A stretch of 64,000 bases of DNA. Source: an uncultured Planctomycetia bacterium (GTDB lineage: Bacteria; Planctomycetota; MHYJ01; WSZJ01). Each line of letters begins with the position of its first letter. The stretch's first letter is position 1. The DNA lies in assembly GCA_963706735.1 (NCBI GenBank), contig CAVPNQ010000071.1:3563-67562 (forward strand), in the 5' to 3' direction. Below, piece after piece: positions 49,538-58,129 of this stretch. Below the pieces are notes generated by a model that did not search any database, had not been told where the DNA came from, and saw only the letters and a program-made list of their open reading frames with translations. Position numbers and translations under genes: made by a program.

Positions 49538-49590
49538 CCCTGAGCGAGCCCGCCGAAGCCCGCAGGGCGAAGGCGGGGCGAGTCGAAGGG
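49538..49590 (+). repeat. REP-like element, extended variant
   Basis: CCCTGAGCGAG-CCCGCCGAAGCCCGCAGGGCGAAGGCGGG-GCGAGTCGAAGGG. Confidence 0.7.
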
Positions 49591-49706
49591 TGCCGGAGTT
49601 CGGCGTACTGCAGCAGAAGTACGCTCGTGCTGACGTGACCTTCCCTGATGGCCGCGCGTTTCCGCTTCGGCGGGGCGCGCGGCCCCTCGCTCTCCCGGAG
49701 CCCCGG

Positions 49707-50429
49707 ATGGATCCCACGCCCGTCCCCGACGCCGTCTGCGAAGGCGGCGACCTCGATTGCGGAAGCGGTCTCCTGCTGCTGATCCGGGAGGCGATGCAAC
49801 CGCTGCGGGCGGGCGGTGTGCTGGAAGTGCGGAGCCGTGAGATCAGCGTGAAGGAGGATCTGCCGGCGTGGTGCCGGATGGTGGGGCACGAGATGCCCGC
49901 GTCCAGGTCGGGGGACGCAGGGTCCACGAGCTACTTCATCCGCAAGAAGTCGGCGGACGACGGGCTCAAGGCGGACCTCGACAAGGCGCGGTCGTTCGAG
50001 TGGCCGGTGCGGGTGCGTTGGACCGGCGGGATGCAGGCGAAGGCGTTCGCGCGCAACCACTCGTTCGTCGTCGGCCAGCCCGCCAGCTTTGAAACGGCCG
50101 ACCCCGCTCCCGCGGCCGTCGAATACCTGCTCGCATCCCTCGGCGGTTGCCTTGCCGTCGGGTTCCAGTGGCGGGCTTCGCGCAAGGGGCTCGCGGTCCG
50201 GAATCTGGAAGTCGCCCTTCGCGCGAAGGCCGACAACATCCTGGTGTTCCTGGGCGTCGAGGACTCCGGCCACCCCGGCCTCTCGTCGCTCGAGGCCACG
50301 ATCTACGTCGACGCGGACGGGGAGGACGACGAACTCCGCGCGATCTGGGAAGACACGGTGAAGCGTTCGCCCGTCGCGCAAACGCTTCTCCGGGGCGTCC
50401 CGGTCCGGACGACCCTGAGGCGCGCATGA
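49707..50429 (+). CDS. TusA-like sulfur carrier fused to OsmC/Ohr-like domain
   Basis: GDLDCGSG...EDLPAWCRMVGHE (TusA); PAAVEYLLASLGGC...RSPV (OsmC, second Cys replaced by Ser). Confidence 0.87.
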   Translation: MDPTPVPDAVCEGGDLDCGSGLLLLIREAMQPLRAGGVLEVRSREISVKEDLPAWCRMVGHEMPASRSGDAGSTSYFIRKKSADDGLKADLDKARSFEWPVRVRWTGGMQAKAFARNHSFVVGQPASFETADPAPAAVEYLLASLGGCLAVGFQWRASRKGLAVRNLEVALRAKADNILVFLGVEDSGHPGLSSLEATIYVDADGEDDELRAIWEDTVKRSPVAQTLLRGVPVRTTLRRA

Positions 50430-50494
50430 ACCCCCGCCCCCACACCTGAACCCTCTTCCGTTGCGTCGGCCGTGTTGCCGCCGCGTGCGAAGTT

Positions 50495-50587
50495 GGGCCG
50501 GTGGAGGGGACCGGGTCCCCCGCGGTCTGCAAAACCGTCCGGGTGCCGCCTCGCGGCGCTGCTGGGTTCGACTCCTAGGCCGGCCTT
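50495..50587 (+). tRNA. Non-canonical tRNA with tRNA-Sec-like body and GCA (Cys) anticodon
   Basis: Acceptor GGCCGGU/GCCGGCC (+G-U), D stem GGGGAC/GUCCCC, anticodon arm GCGGU-CUGCAAA-ACCGU, 7-8 bp variable arm, T arm CUGGG-UUCGACU-CCUAG, U discriminator. Confidence 0.85.
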
Positions 50588-50599
50588 GAGAGGAATCCC

Positions 50600-51739
50600 A
50601 TGACCAGTCTTCCGGATTTCGCCGTGACGGTCGTCGGCAGCTGGCCGCGCCCCGCGTGGCTGCTGGAGGCGATGAAAAAGAAGCGCGCGGACCTGGCGCG
50701 CTTCCAGGACGACGCGTGCCTCCTGGCGATCAAGTGGCAGGAGGACGCGGGGGTGGACATCGTGACGGACGGGGAGCAGCGGAGGGACAACTTCTATTCG
50801 TTCCTGTGCGACCGGCTGGAAGGGCTGTCGCTGATGACGATGGCGGACCTGCTCGAGTATGTGGAGGACAAGGCGGGGTTCGAGAAACTGCTGTCGGCGC
50901 TGGACGTGCCGGCGTACGCGATCCGGAACCCGACGGTGACGGCGAAATTGAAGGTGAAGAAGCCTCTGGCGATGGAGGACTTCCGCTTCCTGCGGGAACA
51001 CACGAAACGAGCCGTGAAGGTGACCTTGCCCGGGCCGTACCTGCTCTCGCGGTCGATGTGGGTGAAGAAGCTGTCGGAGGGGGCGTACCCGACGAGGGAG
51101 TCGCTGTGCGCGGACATCGTGGCGATCCTGAGGGAGGAGCTGAAGGCGCTGGCGGCGGCGGGCGTGGAGGTGGTGCAGTTCGACGAGCCGGTTCTGACGG
51201 AGCTGGTGTTCGCGGGGAAGTCGGCGACGCGAACGTTCATGTGCGCGGCGCTCGCGGCCAGCGCTTCCCCCGAGAAGGAGCTGGAACTGGCGGTGGACCT
51301 GATCAACCGGGTCGTAGACGGCGTGACCGGGCCGGTGGTCGCGATGCATGTCTGCCGCGGGAACTGGAGCCGGGACGAGGGGGTGCTGCTGCAGGGGGCG
51401 TACGACCCGCTGGTGCCGTGGTTCGCGAAGATGAAGGTGAAGCAGTTCGTGCTGGAGTACGCGACGCCGCGCGCGGGGTCGCTGTCGGCGCTGAAGGGGC
51501 TGGCGCCGGGGTCGATGGTCGGGCTGGGGATCGTGAATCCGCGGACGGACGAGATCGAGGCGGTGGACGGGATCGTGAAGAAGGCGCGGGAGCTGGCGGA
51601 GTTCGTGCCTCCCGGGCGGATTCACCTGAATCCCGACTGCGGGTTCGGGACGTTCGCCGAGCGGCCGATGGCGACCGCGGAAGTCGCCTACAGAAAATTG
51701 TGCGCCCTGGCGCAGGCCGCCCGGGTGCTTCGATCGTAA
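50600..51739 (+). CDS. Cobalamin-independent methionine synthase II family (single-barrel MetE-like) protein
   Basis: VGSWPRP, TDGEQRR, QFDEP, MHVCRGN, LEY, NPDCGF Zn-ligand motifs. Confidence 0.92.
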   Translation: MTSLPDFAVTVVGSWPRPAWLLEAMKKKRADLARFQDDACLLAIKWQEDAGVDIVTDGEQRRDNFYSFLCDRLEGLSLMTMADLLEYVEDKAGFEKLLSALDVPAYAIRNPTVTAKLKVKKPLAMEDFRFLREHTKRAVKVTLPGPYLLSRSMWVKKLSEGAYPTRESLCADIVAILREELKALAAAGVEVVQFDEPVLTELVFAGKSATRTFMCAALAASASPEKELELAVDLINRVVDGVTGPVVAMHVCRGNWSRDEGVLLQGAYDPLVPWFAKMKVKQFVLEYATPRAGSLSALKGLAPGSMVGLGIVNPRTDEIEAVDGIVKKARELAEFVPPGRIHLNPDCGFGTFAERPMATAEVAYRKLCALAQAARVLRS

Positions 51740-51791
51740 GAACCGGCGCGCGGCGTGGGGACGCCGCGATGCCCCTTTACGGGAGGTCGGG

Positions 51792-51940
51792 ATGAAGCGG
51801 TTGTCCTTGCTGGTTGCGGCGGCGTTCGCCGTCGGGTGTGCCGGCGGCGGGGAGACGAAGGAGTCCTCGGACTTCGTCGTGTCGAAGGCCGGGAAGTCGA
51901 AGACGTTCGAGGCGAAGCACGAGCTGAAAGTGACGGTGTC
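51792..51940 (+). pseudogene. Truncated lipoprotein gene interrupted by IS remnant
   Basis: GGAGG RBS, lipobox FAVGC; coding character is lost where the antisense transposase fragment begins. Confidence 0.5.
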
Positions 51941-52080
51941 GTGGCGCAAAAGCGCCGCGAGGACCTGGGTCATCATGTCGTCCAGGGCTTCCTTGTGGTC
52001 GAAGCGGAAATCGGACAGCGTGTGCGGGCAGACCGCAACCCCGCCGCAGATCCAGCTTCCCGACAAGCTCCCACATCTCC
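51938..52080 (-). mobile_element. IS1182-family transposase remnant
   Basis: WICGGVAVCPHTLSDFR...DDMMTQVLAAL and WELVGKLDL fragments. Confidence 0.7.
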
Positions 52081-52094
52081 CGGATTCAGGGCGC

Positions 52095-52210
52095 CAGAGC
52101 CCGTGAAAAAACCTGTGCGTCGGGCGGAGTCGGCCCGCAACAGAAAAACCTCTCAAACCTCCGTCACTGGGCCGACGCAGCCTGACGCGCGGGTTTTTTC
52201 TCGGGCTCTG
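52095..52210. mobile_element. MITE-like 116-bp inverted-repeat element
   Basis: CAGAGCCCG(T/A)GAAAAAACC terminal IRs extending ~31 bp. Confidence 0.6.
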
Positions 52211-52219
52211 AGATCTCCC

Positions 52220-52849
52220 TTACTTCTTCGGCTCGTCCTTCGGCGCTTCCGCAGTGTGACGCTTCTTGATCAGCTCGATCGCCTTCTCCCGGATGTCCTT
52301 GTACGCCATCCCCACTTCCAGCATCCCGAGGTTCTTGTGCGACCGCCCCTCCGTGATCCCGAGCCCTGCCGTGTCCGGCTTGCCTTCGATCACCCCGAGT
52401 TCGAAGTCGATGACTTCCACCAGCTCGTCTTTCGAATCTTTGACCGCCTTGTCCGCCTTCTTCCAGACCTGGAACGACAGCGGCCGCACGATGCCCATCT
52501 CGGGGAACTTGCGCTCCCTCGGGCCCATGTTGTAGCGGACGTCCACGCGGAAGGCGCCGAGGTCGAGGCTCTCCAGCAGAAGCCACGCCAGGTCGTCCTG
52601 CTTCTTGATGAAACACTCCATCGCCTTCTGCGCCGCGGCGTAGCCGTCGTCGAAGCGCTCGAGCTTCATCAGGGTTTGCGCGCGCCGATAGTGCGGCAGG
52701 GGGTCGTCCGGCGTCTTCTTGAGCTGCGCGTCAATCTTGGCAAGCTCGGTTTCGTGCTTCTTCTTGTCCTTCGCCGGGTCTTCGGCGTACGAGCAGGAAG
52801 CGGCGGCCACGGAAAGAAGGGCGGCGAAGGCCAGTCTGTGGAAGATCAT
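52220..52849 (-). CDS. Secreted hypothetical protein with TPR-like helix pair
   Basis: Signal peptide, PDDPLPHYRRAQTL. Confidence 0.75.
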   Translation of the reverse strand: MIFHRLAFAALLSVAAASCSYAEDPAKDKKKHETELAKIDAQLKKTPDDPLPHYRRAQTLMKLERFDDGYAAAQKAMECFIKKQDDLAWLLLESLDLGAFRVDVRYNMGPRERKFPEMGIVRPLSFQVWKKADKAVKDSKDELVEVIDFELGVIEGKPDTAGLGITEGRSHKNLGMLEVGMAYKDIREKAIELIKKRHTAEAPKDEPKK

Positions 52850-52958
52850 CAGAGTCTCCGTTAATGAGGTGGCGAAGCGGCGGTCCGGCCGACCAGAGTG
52901 CGCCAGAGTGCCAGAGCCTACCGCGCGGGTCAGGCAGGTTCAAGCGGGTCCCGCCCGC

Positions 52959-53483
52959 CTATTGCCCCACCGGCTCGTCCTCGACATCCTCCGTCCGGAA
53001 CCGGTCATCGGGCGGCAGCTTGGCCAGCTCAGCCTTCACCATGTCCTGGTGCTCGACCTCTTCCTGGCGCAGCTCGGTGAACAATCCACGCACGCCGGGG
53101 TCGGTGATCGCGCGAAGCGCCGCGTCGAAAAACGCCCACGCCTTCTCCTCGCACCGAAGCGCCGTATTGAGTGCCTGCTGCGGCGTCATGTGCGTCCGCG
53201 CCTCGTCGTAGTCGGGCGCTTCCACGTCGAACAGCATCTCGCGGCGGACGGTGACCGGGTCGAGGGGGAAGAGCTTGCGCCGGCGGTCGGCGAGCTCGGC
53301 GCGGTGCTTTTCCTCGTTGGCGGCCATGAAGCGGTAGAAGCGCCCCGCGTCGGGGGTGTGGTGGGTTTCCATCTGGGAAGTGAACTCCTCGTAGCGCTCT
53401 TTGGCTTCTTCCTCGATGAAGATGGCCAGGTCGAGCGCATCGCGGAGAGAGATGGTTGCGAAGTCGATTCCGGTGACGGGCAT
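52959..53483 (-). CDS. Ferritin-like/rubrerythrin family protein
   Basis: LAIFIEEEA..Y, EEKH, EEVEH diiron motifs. Confidence 0.9.
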   Translation of the reverse strand: MPVTGIDFATISLRDALDLAIFIEEEAKERYEEFTSQMETHHTPDAGRFYRFMAANEEKHRAELADRRRKLFPLDPVTVRREMLFDVEAPDYDEARTHMTPQQALNTALRCEEKAWAFFDAALRAITDPGVRGLFTELRQEEVEHQDMVKAELAKLPPDDRFRTEDVEDEPVGQ

Positions 53484-53493
53484 CGGGCCCCCT

Positions 53494-54384
53494 TTATTTC
53501 TGGAGGAACATGTCGAGGATGCGGTCGCGGTCGCGCGCTCCCGGCGAGAGTTCGGCCTGGCGCTCGCGGACGAGCTGGTCGAACGTCGGCGGCGGGTTCG
53601 GGTCGCGGAAGAAGACGCCGGTGTAGAGCTCGCGGCCGTAGTCCTGCGCCAGCCCAAGCGCCCGGATGCGGTCCTTCGGGTCGTGCTTCAGGCTCTCGAG
53701 CGTCTTCATCCGTTCCTTCTGCGCCTTGATCTGCCCGTACTCCTCGCCGTACGTCACGCACGGCGACTGGATGTTGACGAAGGAGAAGCCCGGAAAGCGG
53801 ATCGCTTCTTCGATCAGAGCGGTGAGCCCCGGAAGGTCCGCCGGCGTCCCCTGCGCCACAAACGGCGCGCCGTAGGACAGCACGTACATGAGCGGGTTGA
53901 GCGGCTCTTCGAGGCTCCCGTACATCGACGTTACGGTCTTCAGCCCGCGCGGCGACGTCGGCGACAGCTGGCCCTTCGTCAGCCCGTAGATCTGGTTGTC
54001 CATCACGATGTACGTCAGGTCGAGGTTCCGCCGCACCGCGTGCGCCACGTGCCCGCCGCCGATCGAGAACCCGTCGCCGTCGCCGCCCGCCACCAGCACC
54101 AGCAGCTCGGGATTCGCAATCTTGATCCCCTGCGCGATCGGCAACGCCCGCCCGTGCACCGAGTTGAACCCGTACGCCGTCGTGTACCCCGGGATCCGGC
54201 TCGAACACCCGATCCCCGACACGAACGCAATCTCGTGCGCCGGCCGCCCGATCGCCGCCAGCGCCCGGTACACCGCCGACACCACCCCGTAGTCCCCGCA
54301 CCCCGGACACCAGATCGGCTTCAGGTCGCTCCGGAAATCCTTCGCCTGAAGCGCAGGAACCGGCATCGGCATCGCAAGTGTCAT
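53494..54384 (-). CDS. korB: 2-oxoacid:ferredoxin oxidoreductase beta subunit
   Basis: WCPGCG, SGIGCS, HGR, GGDGD, YGLTKGQ, SPCVTY. Confidence 0.93.
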   Translation of the reverse strand: MTLAMPMPVPALQAKDFRSDLKPIWCPGCGDYGVVSAVYRALAAIGRPAHEIAFVSGIGCSSRIPGYTTAYGFNSVHGRALPIAQGIKIANPELLVLVAGGDGDGFSIGGGHVAHAVRRNLDLTYIVMDNQIYGLTKGQLSPTSPRGLKTVTSMYGSLEEPLNPLMYVLSYGAPFVAQGTPADLPGLTALIEEAIRFPGFSFVNIQSPCVTYGEEYGQIKAQKERMKTLESLKHDPKDRIRALGLAQDYGRELYTGVFFRDPNPPPTFDQLVRERQAELSPGARDRDRILDMFLQK

Positions 54385-54386
54385 GG

Positions 54387-56174
54387 TTATTCCTCCTGGG
54401 GCTGGGAATCGTCGGACTGCTGAAGCGCCATCGCCTGCTCGCGCAGGCGGTTCACGATCTCCGCCGGCTGGAACGGATTGGCGCCGTCCCTCGCGAACGA
54501 CTTCAGGCCCGCCGGCACGTCGATGTACATCCGCAGGACCCGGTACAGCTGACCCTGGTGGCTCTGCTCCACCACGAGCCCCGCCTTCATTCCCGCAAAG
54601 AAATCCCGGAACGCTTCCTCCGCCACCGGGTACAGGAGCCGTGGCACCAGCAGCTTCACCTGAAGCCCCTTCCGCGCCGCCAGCTTCAGTGCCTCCCGCG
54701 CCACCCCCGCGATACTTCCCCAGGCGATCAGCCCCAGCGGCGCCTTCGCGTCCCCGTACGTCTGGAACAGGTCCTTGCGCATCCGGATCGGGTCGAGCTT
54801 GCGGAAGCGCTTCTCGTTCATCTTCGCGTGCATCACGCCGCCGGAGACCGGCGCGCCCTTCTCGTTGTGTTCGATCCCCGCGGCGAGGTAGGTGCCGCCG
54901 AGCATGCCGGGGTGACTGATGGGGGAGACGCCGGAGTCTGTGAAGCGGTACCGGGCGTAGCCGTTCTGGAGTTCGGCGGGGGAGGGGCGAAGGCGATCGA
55001 TGCGGCGGAACTTCGAAGTGTCGATCGGGTCGCAGGTTTCCTTGCGCTGGGAGATTTCCTGGTCGGAGAGGATGACGACGGGGGTCTGGTACTGCTCGGC
55101 CATGTTGAAGGCTTCGACGGTGATCTCGAAGGAGTCGGCGACGCAGGTCGGGGCGAGGACGGGGCGGAGGACGTCGCCGTGGGCGGAGAAGGCGGCCTGG
55201 AAGAGGTCGGACTGTTCGGTTTTCGTCGGCAGTCCGGTCGAGGGGCCGCCGCGCTGGACGTTCACGAGCACGAGCGGAAGTTCGGCGATCGTCGCGAGGC
55301 CGAGCATTTCCGTCTTGAGCGACATGCCGGGGCCGGAGGTGGCGGTCATGGCTTTCTTGCCGGCGAACGACGCCCCGACGGCCGCGCCGATCCCCGCGAT
55401 TTCGTCCTCGGCCTGCAGCACCGCGCCGCCGTACTTCCAGATCTCGCGCGTCAGGAACTGCATGATCTCCGTGGACGGCGTGATCGGGTAGCCGCCGAAG
55501 AACTGGCACCCCGACCAGATCGCCGCCGCGCCGCACATGTCGTTCCCGTCGGTCAGCATCTTCGTCGTCGCCGCCGGCGGCCGCGCCATCGTCCGCGGCG
55601 TCTTCAGCGGATGCTCCGCCGCGTACTTCTTCCCGGCCGCCAGCGCGCGCTCGTTCGCCTCCAGCAGCTCCGGCCCCTTCTTCGCCAGCCGCTTGCGCAG
55701 CCCCTTCATCACCCCCTCGCCGCCGATCCCGAACCACCCGGCGATCAGCCCGAGGATGACCGTGTTCTTCGCCTTGTCCGTCTTCGCCGACTCCTTCGCC
55801 ATGTCCGTGATCGGCACCGCGAACACTTCCGCGGGCGTCACGCCCGTGAGCGGCAGTTTGTCGGGCGCCACCCCCGTCTTGCTTTCATAAATGACGATCG
55901 TGTTCCCGCCGACCGGCAGCTCGCCCCCGAACTTGAGAAAGTCCTCCCAGTTCAGCGCAATCGCCACGTCCAGCGTCCCGCCGGGATTCAGCACCGGCTC
56001 CGTCGAGAGCCTCACCCGGCAACTCGACTCCCCGCCCCGGATCTGCGACCCGAAGCTCTTCGTCATCATCGCGTGGTAGCCCTCCATCGCCACCGCCGCC
56101 GTCAGCGACTCGCCCGCCGACACGATCCCGTCCCCGCCCGATCCCGCCATCCCGATGACAAGATCCGTCGTCAT
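54387..56174 (-). CDS. korA: 2-oxoacid:ferredoxin oxidoreductase alpha subunit
   Basis: GSGGDG, IRGG, GYPITP, QAEDE, TSGPG, QRGGPSTG. Confidence 0.94.
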   Translation of the reverse strand: MTTDLVIGMAGSGGDGIVSAGESLTAAVAMEGYHAMMTKSFGSQIRGGESSCRVRLSTEPVLNPGGTLDVAIALNWEDFLKFGGELPVGGNTIVIYESKTGVAPDKLPLTGVTPAEVFAVPITDMAKESAKTDKAKNTVILGLIAGWFGIGGEGVMKGLRKRLAKKGPELLEANERALAAGKKYAAEHPLKTPRTMARPPAATTKMLTDGNDMCGAAAIWSGCQFFGGYPITPSTEIMQFLTREIWKYGGAVLQAEDEIAGIGAAVGASFAGKKAMTATSGPGMSLKTEMLGLATIAELPLVLVNVQRGGPSTGLPTKTEQSDLFQAAFSAHGDVLRPVLAPTCVADSFEITVEAFNMAEQYQTPVVILSDQEISQRKETCDPIDTSKFRRIDRLRPSPAELQNGYARYRFTDSGVSPISHPGMLGGTYLAAGIEHNEKGAPVSGGVMHAKMNEKRFRKLDPIRMRKDLFQTYGDAKAPLGLIAWGSIAGVAREALKLAARKGLQVKLLVPRLLYPVAEEAFRDFFAGMKAGLVVEQSHQGQLYRVLRMYIDVPAGLKSFARDGANPFQPAEIVNRLREQAMALQQSDDSQPQEE

Positions 56175-56380
56175 GGTGTCCCCTGGGTCCGGGTCCCCGC
56201 GCGCCCGCAAATTCCACTCATGCACAGGACCCGGTTCGGAGGGCGGTGGCGGCTCGATGAAGTCGATCTCTTCGCCCTTCCAGCCCGCAAGTTTCAGGGA
56301 AGCGGCCCGGGGCGGCAATCGAAACTTGGAAGCGCGATCCGGAGTGGACTCCGGCGCGGAGGGCGGGTAGAAAGCGGCCC

Positions 56381-57160
56381 GTGACCTCCAACCCCGCGCT
56401 TCGGAATCTCCGGTCCGCGCGCGGCGCCGCAGCGCTGCTGCGGCAGATCCCCGGCCTGTCGCCCGGCGTCGCACGTGAAATCTGGAGCGCCCTTCGCGCC
56501 ATCACCGCCGGAACCCGCGCGTTCACCCTCCGCGTCTGCCGCAAGGCCGGCCGGCGCCTCGGCCACGCCGTCCCGCCTCTCCCCGTCCGCGTCCCGCGCA
56601 CCACCGACCGCACCGACCCGGCCTGGTACCGAACCCGGGCACGAGGCGGAAGCGTCCGCCTCGAGCTCCTGCGCGCCCTCAAGCGGCTGGCCGTCGCCGA
56701 ACTGCCGCTTCTGGAAGCGCACCTCGGCCGCCGCGAGAGCGCGCTTTTCCGGCTGCGGCCGCGACCCGCCCGATTCCCCCGAGGCGTCCCCGCCGTCGAG
56801 TTCCGCCGCGCCGCCCGCCGCTGGCTCCACCTCATGACCGGCAAGGCGACCTGGCTCAGCCTGCGCCTCGCCGAAGTCGCCGCGACCGCCACCGGCAGCC
56901 CCGCCAGCGCCGTCGAAACCCTGCGCGTCTGCGCCGACGTCGCTTCCAGGCCCCAGCTCTACGACCCATTCAACACGTTCGCGGCATTCCTGGAGGCGTT
57001 CCACCGCCTCGCGGCGAAGCGCGGGGCGCTCGCGGGGCTGCTCGATGATTCTGCCGGCCCGTCCGTTTTCCGGCGGATCGCGCTCGCCGGGCCGGGAAAG
57101 GGCCGGTGGCATTCGAAGCGCGCACGACGGCTCGTGCGGGCCTGCCGGCCGGCCCGCTGA
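56381..57160 (+). CDS. Arg-rich hypothetical protein
   Basis: Strongly GC3-biased frame filling the gap; no recognised motif. Confidence 0.55.
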   Translation: MTSNPALRNLRSARGAAALLRQIPGLSPGVAREIWSALRAITAGTRAFTLRVCRKAGRRLGHAVPPLPVRVPRTTDRTDPAWYRTRARGGSVRLELLRALKRLAVAELPLLEAHLGRRESALFRLRPRPARFPRGVPAVEFRRAARRWLHLMTGKATWLSLRLAEVAATATGSPASAVETLRVCADVASRPQLYDPFNTFAAFLEAFHRLAAKRGALAGLLDDSAGPSVFRRIALAGPGKGRWHSKRARRLVRACRPAR

Positions 57161-57266
57161 CTTCGTACCGGGAGGAGCCTCGCGCACCCGCCAGAAACAA
57201 CACAAGCCGCGATGTTATCGCGGCTTGGAAGACTCGTTCGCCGAAGCGCGAAGCGCGAAGGCGAAA

Positions 57267-57315
57267 CGAGGGCGACGGGGGTCGAACCCGCAACCTTCGG
57301 ATCGACAATCCGATG
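57267..57315 (-). mobile_element. att site: duplicated 3' half of tRNA-Asp(GTC)
   Basis: CATCGGA-TTGTCGA-TCCGA AGGTT GCGGG-TTCGACC-CCCGT CGCCCTCG; anticodon and T arms present, no D arm or 5' strand. Confidence 0.85.
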
Positions 57316-57321
57316 AAGCGA

Positions 57322-57443
57322 GATGGGGCAGGAGAGGGCAGGACAGGGCGGGAGAGGGCATGGCGGGTCGCGCGGAAAGCCTCCCGAAAAACCCGTCGAG
57401 TGGGCAGGACAGGGCAAGAGAGGGCAGGATGGGGCAGGAGAGG
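57322..57443. repeat. Two arrays of 10-bp GGGCAGGA(G/C)A repeats, candidate integrase arm sites
   Basis: Tandem repeats just inside the att site. Confidence 0.6.
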
Positions 57444-57584
57444 TCACCCGGGCTGGCACACAGTTGGCGAGGTATTGCGGTAGAGATTGGTTCACGGCCG
57501 CGCCTCACGCGGCCCGCGAGCCGATTGACGGGCGTACCCGCCACCGTCGTATAATCGCGGTCGTCCCCCTTGAGCGCGTCCCCT

Positions 57585-57839
57585 ATGCTTCGTCCCCACC
57601 CGGCTCCGACCCAGGCCCAGGTCATGGCGGACGCACTTCGTCTCCCGCCCGCCGCCGCCGTAAAGCTCGCCTCCCGTCTCCTCGCCCGCGTCGAGCAGGA
57701 GGGTGACCGTGACGCCAAGTCGGCGTTCCGCGCCACGCTCCTGCGGCGCAGGCAGGAGATGCGTTCCGGCAAGGTCAAGGGGATGACCGTGGAGCAGTGC
57801 AGGCGTGCGCTCGAACGCCAGGCGGCGAAGCGCCGTTGA
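57585..57839 (+). CDS. Addiction module antitoxin component
   Basis: ALRLPP..LA..LL, RRRQEMRSGKVK motif; upstream of ParE toxin. Confidence 0.8.
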   Translation: MLRPHPAPTQAQVMADALRLPPAAAVKLASRLLARVEQEGDRDAKSAFRATLLRRRQEMRSGKVKGMTVEQCRRALERQAAKRR

Positions 57840-58129
57840 TCCGGGTCCACCCGGAGGCCCACGCGGAGTCCGCGGAGGCCCACCTCCACTACCTGGCGGA
57901 GAGCGCCGAGACCGCGGAGCGATTCATGAACGCGGTCCTCGATGGCTACGCGAAGGCGGCCGCGACTCCGCTCCAGTGGCCCCAGGACGAGGACGGATTC
58001 CGGCGCTACAAGCTCCTGGACTTTCCGTATCTCATCTTCTACGAGGTGCTCGAGGACGGCATCCACATCTACGCGGTTGCGCACGGTGCGCGGAAGCCGG
58101 GGTACTGGCACGACCGCGCAGGTCTGTAG
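57836..58129 (+). CDS. RelE/ParE family toxin
   Basis: HPEAHAE, FPYLIFY, YAVAHGARKPGYW; TTGA overlap. Confidence 0.9.
   Translation: MIRVHPEAHAESAEAHLHYLAESAETAERFMNAVLDGYAKAAATPLQWPQDEDGFRRYKLLDFPYLIFYEVLEDGIHIYAVAHGARKPGYWHDRAGL

Noticed and set aside
49600-49700. Riboswitch upstream of TusA-OsmC
   Set aside because: Two hairpins are present (GCGTACT/AGTACGC and GGCCGCGCG/CGCGCGGCC) but I could not match a known aptamer consensus; still worth a cmscan
50495-50587. Ordinary selC (tRNA-Sec)
   Set aside because: Anticodon is GCA not UCA, discriminator is U not G, and no selA/selB or in-frame UGA selenoprotein is seen in the window
57267-57340. Intact tRNA-Asp gene
   Set aside because: D arm and 5' acceptor strand are absent; treated as att fragment
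57322-57443. Possible CRISPR array
   Set aside because: 10-bp tandem units without unique spacers; no cas genes
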